Origin: an uncultured Gammaproteobacteria bacterium
Lineage (GTDB): Bacteria > Patescibacteriota > Microgenomatia > Daviesbacterales > UBA10151
Assembly: GCA_964522265.1 (NCBI GenBank)
Contig: CAZFVS010000065.1
Coordinates: forward strand, 1 to 6,072
Direction of reading: 5' to 3'
DNA: 6,072 nt
In this document: positions 1 to 4,397 of the stretch, one piece after another
Layout: the number at the start of each line of letters is the position of its first letter
How positions within the stretch are numbered: the stretch's first letter is position 1
Notes under the pieces: model-generated
Database searches by the model: none
What the model was told of the DNA's origin: nothing
What the model saw: the letters and a program-made list of their open reading frames with translations, nothing else
Made by a program: the position numbers and the translations under genes

Positions 1-2
1 AA

Positions 3-494
3 AGAGGGCGGGGGTCTCAGAGGCTTTCACTAGAAAATGATGGGTATTCGCCCAAAACTATCCATCCCCAAAGAAGATATTTTGCATCCGTTATATCAGG
101 TAAAGATAGATTTTTTGGGGCAATTGATTTAATGGCTGATTACCACCCGTTATATGCCTTAAGTGATGCTGTCAGACAGGCCAGAAGAGCTAATAACCCT
201 TATATAGATTATGCAATAATTTTACAAAGTGAGGCCGCCCAAAAAGTACCCTGGGTTATGTACAAAGACAGGCAACATTTATATGAACTGAACTTACAAC
301 AAGAACTCTTGCTTGGTAAAAAATTTGACCCTAAAGTTTACCTGGTTTCGCAAAAAAAGCAGGGGGATATCGGAAGTCTCTGGCAAACAACCGTTAAAGA
401 GTGGCTACCGTATCCATTCAGTGCAAGAAATTTCGGCGATGAGTTTTTGAAAAGATTAACCGGGTATTACAAAAGCAAAATCACCAGCAGATAA
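3..494 (+). CDS. Hypothetical protein, probably 5'-truncated by the window edge (first in-window ATG at 132, giving 120 aa)
   Basis: Frame 3 has no stop from nt 3 to the TAA at 492-494. The 43 codons upstream of ATG132 are open and have AT-rich third positions (about 12/43 G/C by hand count), similar to the confident genes here. There is no -10 box or SD in front of ATG132. I recognise no catalytic or family motif in the translation (..PYIDYAIILQSEAAQKVPWVMYKDRQHLYELNLQQELLLGKKFDPKVYLV..). Confidence 0.55.
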   Translation, partial: RGRGSQRLSLENDGYSPKTIHPQRRYFASVISGKDRFFGAIDLMADYHPLYALSDAVRQARRANNPYIDYAIILQSEAAQKVPWVMYKDRQHLYELNLQQELLLGKKFDPKVYLVSQKKQGDIGSLWQTTVKEWLPYPFSARNFGDEFLKRLTGYYKSKITSR

Positions 495-508
495 GATTGA
501 AAAAGTTA

Positions 509-517
509 TGTTATAAT
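509..517 (+). promoter_or_regulatory. Extended -10 element TGtTATAAT in front of hicB
   Basis: TG at 509-510, then n, then TATAAT at 512-517. Six nt (tccttt) follow before ATG524. No SD and no convincing -35 (TTGAAA at 497-502 is only 9 nt away). This implies a leaderless or near-leaderless hicBA transcript. Confidence 0.45.
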
Positions 518-523
518 TCCTTT

Positions 524-796
524 ATGTTAAAGCGCACAGAAAAAGTTTCCGAATACGAGTTGCCTATTAAAATAGTCCCTCAAAAAGACGGAGGCTTTGT
601 TGTTACATCATCTTCATGGACTGACTGTTATGCACAAGGGGATACAGTGGATGAGGTAATACTTGAAATTACTGCAATTGCTCAATCATTAATTGAATTA
701 TATAAGGAAGAAGGGCTAAAAATCCCTCTTAAATTAGCGACCGAGAAGCAGTTTGATAATCCAGATCTTTCTCTACCAATTCTAGTGGCAGCATGA
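524..796 (+). CDS. hicB: HicB-family antitoxin, short single-domain form (HicB/UPF0150 fold only, 90 aa)
   Basis: YELPIKIVPQKDGGFVVTSSSWTDCYAQGDTVDEVILEITAIAQSLIELYKEEGLKIP matches the HicB N-terminal pattern (y.lpi..e.dGgy.a..pdlpGc.tqGdTleEa....eAi.l.le...e.g..iP). It lies immediately upstream of hicA with an ATGA overlap. I prefer ATG524 to the track's TTG497 because the -10 box would lie inside the longer ORF. Confidence 0.8.
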   Translation: MLKRTEKVSEYELPIKIVPQKDGGFVVTSSSWTDCYAQGDTVDEVILEITAIAQSLIELYKEEGLKIPLKLATEKQFDNPDLSLPILVAA

Positions 797-1005
797 ATCC
801 TCTCCCGTATAGAGAAGTTATCAAAAAGGCCCGTAAAATGGGTTTTGTATTCCGCAGAAACACAGGAGGAACCCATGAAATCTGGTGGAATGAAGCCAAA
901 AAGCAAACATGTGTTATACCTCACCACCATGAAATTAAACCGGGAACTTTAAAAAGTATCTTGAGACAAATGGGACTAACTGAAGCAGAATTTAAAAAAT
1001 TATAA
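793..1005 (+). CDS. hicA: HicA-family toxin (mRNA interferase, YcfA-like), 70 aa
   Basis: REVIKKARKMGFVFRRNTGGTHEIWWNEAKKQTCVIPHHHEIKPGTLKSILRQMGL fits the HicA pattern (.l.k.Gf...rq.GSH..f.h......v.iP.H..kelk.Gtl..Ilkq.gl), including the conserved G-[ST]-H histidine. Its start ATG (793-795) overlaps the hicB stop TGA (794-796). Confidence 0.85.
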   Translation: MNPLPYREVIKKARKMGFVFRRNTGGTHEIWWNEAKKQTCVIPHHHEIKPGTLKSILRQMGLTEAEFKKL

Positions 1006-1007
1006 TC

Positions 1008-2852
1008 TTACTGATATCCCTTTGCCTGGAGGTTAAAAAGCGCAGCGTATTGGCCGTTTAACTTCATAAGCTCTTTATGAGACCCTGATTCAACTATCTT
1101 GCCGTTACCTATTACATAGATCTTGTCCGCATTCCGCACAGTTGAAAACCTGTGTGAAATAATAATAACCGTCTTAGCGCGCAAGCGCGAGCTACGCTCA
1201 TCCTTTGATAAACGTTCCACCCTATTAAATACCTCAGATTCTGCCTTGGCATCAAGCGCTGCAGTGGGCTCATCCAAAATTAAAACAGGGGCATTTCTGA
1301 AAAAAGCCCTGGCCAGGGCAATCTTTTGCCACTGCCCGCCTGATAATTCCAACCCGCCCTCAAAAGTCCTGCCCAGCATCTGATCATAATTTTTTTCCAG
1401 ATCTTCAATCATTGATTTTGCCCCGGCATTTTTTGCCGCATCTCTGATATCCTTCATATTATTGTCCCCCCAGACTTTCCCGAAGAAGATATTTTCTCTG
1501 ATTGTATATTCATACCTGCTGTAGTCCTGGAACAATACGCCCAAGGTTCTCCACCATGATTCAAGCTCCAAATCCTTAAGGCTGATGCCATCTACCAAAA
1601 TCTCACCTGACGACGTGTCATAAAACCTGGTTAAAAGCTTAACCAGTGTGGTTTTGCCTGCGCCGTTTTCACCAACAAGCGCAATTTTCTCACCGGGATT
1701 AATAGTCAAAGAGAAGTTATCAAAAACTTTTTTCTCAGTTACCGGGTAAGTAAAGCTGATATTTTTAAACTCTATCATGGGTGTTTTATTAAAGTCCCTT
1801 TTGGTCGGATTTTCTTTTTCCTCGATTAGTGGCTTCTTATCTAAAACCTCAAACATTGATGAGACATAAAGGCTTACTTCAAACATATTGACCAGGTTCC
1901 TGAAGAACCCGGCCACTCCGTTTTGGAAATTGGAAACAGCTGTTGTAAAATAGCTGATGTCACCGACAGTGATCCTTTTGGCTATTGACTCCAATATAAT
2001 AAAAACCAGAATACCCACAAATACAATCCCGCCGAAAAGGTCAAACAGCATATTGAGAAAAAGATATTTTGTGGCAAGGGCCTTATTTTTTTTATAAAAG
2101 TTTTCATGCAACCCCCTCATCTCATTCAAAAACCAAATTGGCAGCCTGAAAATTTTCATATCCGAAATTGCATTGCGGTCCTGCATAAGATCTGAAAGAT
2201 ACCAAAACTTTTTTCTGTTGGGGGAGTTTTCATCCCAAAGCACCCATGAAAGTTCTGATTGTTTGGTCCTGTTGATAAACTCAGGTATTGCAATAACTAA
2301 AATCACCAGTATTAAAACAGGGGACAAGGTAAACAGAATTATCATAGATGCTGCCATCTGGACAAATCCTTGAAATACAAAAAATATGTGCTGGATCATA
2401 TTAAGGGGCCTCCAGGCATAAGAATCCCTGACTTTCTCCAGGGTGTTTTTAAATTCACTGTCATCAAAATAGGCCAGATCAAGGCTGGAGACTTTCAGCA
2501 GAACCTTCTGATATAAGGCTATGGGGATTTTGGTATTAATCAGCCTCAGAATATAATCCTGAGTGGAGAAAGCGATACTTTGCAGGGTATAAAGAAAAAC
2601 AGATACCAAAACCAGAATTGTTACTTCCTGGTAGTTTGGGACTTGACCCTGGATAACCTGGACAATCTGGTCAATGATCAGCTTAAAATTATATGCTATG
2701 GCAAACGGTATCAGGGCAGGCAGAGTAACAGCTATACCGTAAAAAATAAAAAGCCACTTATCTATAGACCAAAAAAGTTTCACCAGCCTTCCCGAAGTAA
2801 TGATGGTACTTTTCAGTTTGGTAAATTTTTCTAAATATTTGGTTTTTAACAT
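1008..2852 (-). CDS. ABC transporter, fused permease/ATP-binding protein (type I exporter, MsbA/Sav1866-like), 614 aa
   Basis: The N-terminal ~330 aa contain multiple hydrophobic helices (a 6-TM exporter-type TMD). The C-terminal NBD has Walker A GENGAGKTT (nt 1647-1673), Q-loop LFQD, signature LSGGQWQK, Walker B VLILDEPTAALD and H-loop IIISHR. AGGA lies 7 nt upstream of the ATG. Confidence 0.95.
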   Translation of the reverse strand: MLKTKYLEKFTKLKSTIITSGRLVKLFWSIDKWLFIFYGIAVTLPALIPFAIAYNFKLIIDQIVQVIQGQVPNYQEVTILVLVSVFLYTLQSIAFSTQDYILRLINTKIPIALYQKVLLKVSSLDLAYFDDSEFKNTLEKVRDSYAWRPLNMIQHIFFVFQGFVQMAASMIILFTLSPVLILVILVIAIPEFINRTKQSELSWVLWDENSPNRKKFWYLSDLMQDRNAISDMKIFRLPIWFLNEMRGLHENFYKKNKALATKYLFLNMLFDLFGGIVFVGILVFIILESIAKRITVGDISYFTTAVSNFQNGVAGFFRNLVNMFEVSLYVSSMFEVLDKKPLIEEKENPTKRDFNKTPMIEFKNISFTYPVTEKKVFDNFSLTINPGEKIALVGENGAGKTTLVKLLTRFYDTSSGEILVDGISLKDLELESWWRTLGVLFQDYSRYEYTIRENIFFGKVWGDNNMKDIRDAAKNAGAKSMIEDLEKNYDQMLGRTFEGGLELSGGQWQKIALARAFFRNAPVLILDEPTAALDAKAESEVFNRVERLSKDERSSRLRAKTVIIISHRFSTVRNADKIYVIGNGKIVESGSHKELMKLNGQYAALFNLQAKGYQ

Positions 2853-2859
2853 ATTTTAA

Positions 2860-2863
2860 TCCT
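2860..2863 (-). promoter_or_regulatory. Shine-Dalgarno (AGGA) for the ABC exporter
   Basis: The minus strand reads gctAGGAttaaaatATG, a 7-nt spacer. This is the only clear SD I see in front of any gene in the window. Confidence 0.5.
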
Positions 2864-2886
2864 AGCATAAAGGTTAAAAGATTGGG

Positions 2887-2892
2887 TATAAT
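2887..2892 (+). promoter_or_regulatory. Candidate -10 box (gGTATAAT) for tyrS
   Basis: A perfect TATAAT lies in the 62-bp divergent intergenic region, 22 nt upstream of ATG2915. I found no good -35. The predicted short leader (aattacggatctactcctactt) has no SD. Confidence 0.4.
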
Positions 2893-2914
2893 AATTACGG
2901 ATCTACTCCTACTT

Positions 2915-4009
2915 ATGACAAATGATGAAAAGTACAAACTTATAACCAGGAATTTGGAAGAAGTTTTAACTGAAGAAGAGTTAAGAAAACTTATTGCTTC
3001 AGGAAAACCTCTGAAACATTATATCGGCCTGGAGATTTCAGGAAAAGCTCATGTGGGATGGGTTTTTATGATGCTTAAAATTAAAGACCTGCAGGATGCA
3101 GGCGTTGAAACAAACATACTTTTGGCAGATTGGCATACTTGGATTAATAAAAAGCTTGATGGGACACTGGAAACTGCCAAAAGACTCGCTAGGGATTATT
3201 TTGAAGAGGCACTAAAGGCAATTGCTATCTGCGTTGGAGCTGACCCAAAAAATTTAAATTTTGTTTTAGGGAGTGAGCTTTATGAAAAGTTGGGTAGTGA
3301 TTATTGGGCAAAAGTCATAAAAGTTGCAAAAGCCACTACATTTGCAAGAATGATGCGCTCTACAACAATAATGGGGCGCAAGGAATCTGAAATCTCAGAC
3401 ACAGCTATGCTAATTTATCCTGCCATGCAGTCTGCAGATATTTTTGCATTAAGGGTAAATATCGCCCACTCAGGAACGGACCAAAGAAATGTCCATGTTG
3501 TGGCAAGAGAAGCAGCAGGGGAATTAGGAGAACAAAAACCTGTAGCAATCCACCACCATCTTTTACAAGGCTTGCTGCAACCTATCCTAATTACTGATGT
3601 GAATGGTAAACAGGTATTAGATACTGAGGCTGCAAAAATGAGCAAGTCTAAACCAGACAGTGCAATTTTTATCACAGATGCACCCGAGACTATTAAAAGA
3701 AAAATAAATTCCGCTTATGCTCCAGAAGGAGTTGCTGAATTTAATCCAATTCTGGACTGGGTTAAATGGCTGATATTCTACAACCCCACAACTTTCATAG
3801 TAAAACGCGACCAAAAATGGGGAGGAAACCTATCATATTCATCTTATGAAGACCTGGAAAAAGATTATGTTGCCAAGAATTTGCACCCCCAGGATTTAAA
3901 AGAAGCTGTTGCACAGTGGCTCATACAAAAACTGGAACCGGCAAGAAAATATTTTGAAGACCCCAAAAGGAAAGCTGCCTTGGAGGAGATAACAACCCAA
4001 AAGCGTTAA
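2915..4009 (+). CDS. tyrS: Tyrosine--tRNA ligase, archaeal/eukaryal type (364 aa)
   Basis: It is collinear with my recollection of M. jannaschii TyrRS. Shared segments: HYIGLEISGKAHVG (Mj AYIGFEPSGKIHLG), ILLADWHTWIN (Mj ILLADLHAYLN), IYPAMQSADI (Mj IYPIMQVNDI), GTDQRNVH (Mj GMEQRKIH), KMSKS, and KWGGNLSYSSYEDLEKDYVAKNLHPQDLKEAVAQWLIQKLEPARK (Mj KFGGDLTVNSYEELESLFKNKELHPMDLKNAVAEELIKILEPIRK). The Tyr-binding equivalents of Mj Y32, Y151, Q155, D158 and Q173 are conserved. There is no bacterial C-terminal S4-like domain. ATG2915 is preferred to the track's TTG2882 because of the N-terminal alignment and the -10 box at 2887. Confidence 0.9.
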   Translation: MTNDEKYKLITRNLEEVLTEEELRKLIASGKPLKHYIGLEISGKAHVGWVFMMLKIKDLQDAGVETNILLADWHTWINKKLDGTLETAKRLARDYFEEALKAIAICVGADPKNLNFVLGSELYEKLGSDYWAKVIKVAKATTFARMMRSTTIMGRKESEISDTAMLIYPAMQSADIFALRVNIAHSGTDQRNVHVVAREAAGELGEQKPVAIHHHLLQGLLQPILITDVNGKQVLDTEAAKMSKSKPDSAIFITDAPETIKRKINSAYAPEGVAEFNPILDWVKWLIFYNPTTFIVKRDQKWGGNLSYSSYEDLEKDYVAKNLHPQDLKEAVAQWLIQKLEPARKYFEDPKRKAALEEITTQKR

Positions 4010-4203
4010 TCAGATCTTGGTTGCCTGAAACTAAACAAAATCCCAGCTGTAAGTAAGCTGCCCATCATAAACCCTAATAAAAATGGGTGTTTTTTTGAAA
4101 AATCGTTTGATACATCACCGATTTTTTGGAATTGGGCGTGTGTTTTGATAATAGATTCCGCTTTCTGTATCGCCCAGAATCCTTCAGCATCTTGTTCCAA
4201 CAT
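4006..4203 (-). CDS. Small tail-anchored membrane protein, 65 aa (hypothetical)
   Basis: It has a soluble N-terminal ~38 aa, one C-terminal TM helix (PFLLGFMMGSLLTAGILFSF) and a basic tail RQPRSD. It is the only ORF covering 4010-4203, and a promoter-like TTGAAA-17-GATAAT lies directly upstream. The C-terminus loosely recalls the ElaB/YqjD (DUF883) K.P....G....G..LF.R anchor. Confidence 0.5.
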   Translation of the reverse strand: MLEQDAEGFWAIQKAESIIKTHAQFQKIGDVSNDFSKKHPFLLGFMMGSLLTAGILFSFRQPRSD

Positions 4204-4209
4204 GTGGTA

Positions 4210-4240
4210 ATATTATCTTAGATATAATCTCATTTTTCAA
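4210..4240 (-). promoter_or_regulatory. Candidate sigma70-type promoter for the 65-aa ORF
   Basis: On the minus strand, TTGAAA (plus coords 4235-4240) is followed by a 17-nt spacer, GATAAT (4212-4217), then 8 nt before the ATG (4201-4203). The overlapping TAATAT (4210-4215) gives N6-ATG instead. There is no SD, so this is a leaderless-type geometry. Confidence 0.45.
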
Positions 4241-4248
4241 TAGTCAAT

Positions 4249-4350
4249 ATGGATACTTTTATTAAAAAATACCGGATACTGTGGATCATATTAACCGCTA
4301 TCGGTACGATCGCCATAATTTTATTCTCATTGGCACCGCTGTTCTATTGA
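4249..4350 (+). CDS. Candidate 33-aa hydrophobic small protein (not in the supplied ORF track)
   Basis: ATG4249 to TGA4348-4350 translates to MDTFIKKYRILWIILTAIGTIAIILFSLAPLFY, a basic N-terminus (KKYR) followed by a ~23-residue TM-like stretch. It fills most of what would otherwise be a 194-bp gap (4204-4397) in a window where other gaps are 62 bp or less. TATAAT at 4223-4228 lies 20 nt upstream. No SD. Confidence 0.3.
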   Translation: MDTFIKKYRILWIILTAIGTIAIILFSLAPLFY

Positions 4351-4382
4351 CTACATCGCGATTAGTAGATGCTTGCTGGTGT

Positions 4383-4391
4383 TGATATAAT
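4383..4391 (+). promoter_or_regulatory. Extended -10 element TGaTATAAT in front of recG
   Basis: TG at 4383-4384, then n, then TATAAT at 4386-4391. Six nt (gtctcc) follow before ATG4398. There is an in-frame TGA at 4383-4385, so ATG4398 is the only possible start. No SD. The geometry is identical to hicB. Confidence 0.45.
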
Positions 4392-4397
4392 GTCTCC

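Noticed and set aside
37-132. A 31-codon ORF in frame 1 (MMGIRPKLSIPKEDILHPLYQVKIDFLGQLI) whose TAA overlaps ATG132 as TAATG.
   Set aside because: It is too short to support on its own. Its third-codon positions are more G/C-rich (about 13/31 by hand) than the overlapping frame-3 reading (about 12/43). Frame 3 is open to the window edge and is the more economical explanation. It is kept only as an alternative in the first finding.
85-155. The near-repeat caTccgttatat (85-96) and caCccgttatat (144-155), both encoding HPLY in different frames.
   Set aside because: An 11/12 match within 60 nt is roughly what chance gives in an AT-rich 6-kb window. There is no extended similarity on either side.
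497-523. The TTG497 start for hicB, and likewise the TTG2882 start for tyrS, as given by the ORF track.
   Set aside because: In both cases a consensus -10 box lies inside the extra N-terminal codons. The downstream ATG (524 or 2915) gives an N-terminus that matches the family alignment.
682-930. The minus-strand 82-aa ORF antisense to hicB/hicA. The same applies to the shadow ORFs 1123-1383(+), 2173-2373(+), 2580-2834(+), 3415-3675(-), 3617-3814(-), 4298-4540(-), 4694-5005(-) and 5465-5689(-).
   Set aside because: Each lies entirely antisense to, or out of frame within, a gene with strong motif support (HicBA, ABC exporter, TyrRS, RecG). Their translations are low-complexity or Cys/Ser/Phe-rich without motifs.
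2392-2404. A 13-nt exact direct repeat, tggatcatattaa, at 2392-2404 and 4282-4294.
   Set aside because: About 0.3-1 such matches are expected by chance in an AT-rich 6-kb window. The two copies lie in unrelated coding contexts on different coding strands, with no flanking similarity.
2853-2914. A T-box or riboswitch leader upstream of tyrS.
   Set aside because: Only 62 bp separate the divergent start codons, which is far too short for a T-box (about 200 nt or more). No specifier or antiterminator-like structure is visible.
4068-4097. The T7 run (4091-4097) after accc...gggt, considered as a possible rho-independent terminator for tyrS.
   Set aside because: The stem is only about 4 bp with a 10-nt loop. 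The T-run is simply the KK-coding aaaaaaa of the minus-strand ORF.
4355-4362. The perfect 8-bp palindrome ATCGCGAT just upstream of the recG promoter, considered as a possible operator.
   Set aside because: About 20 perfect 8-bp palindromes are expected by chance in 6 kb. There is no second half-site or repeat to support a binding site.
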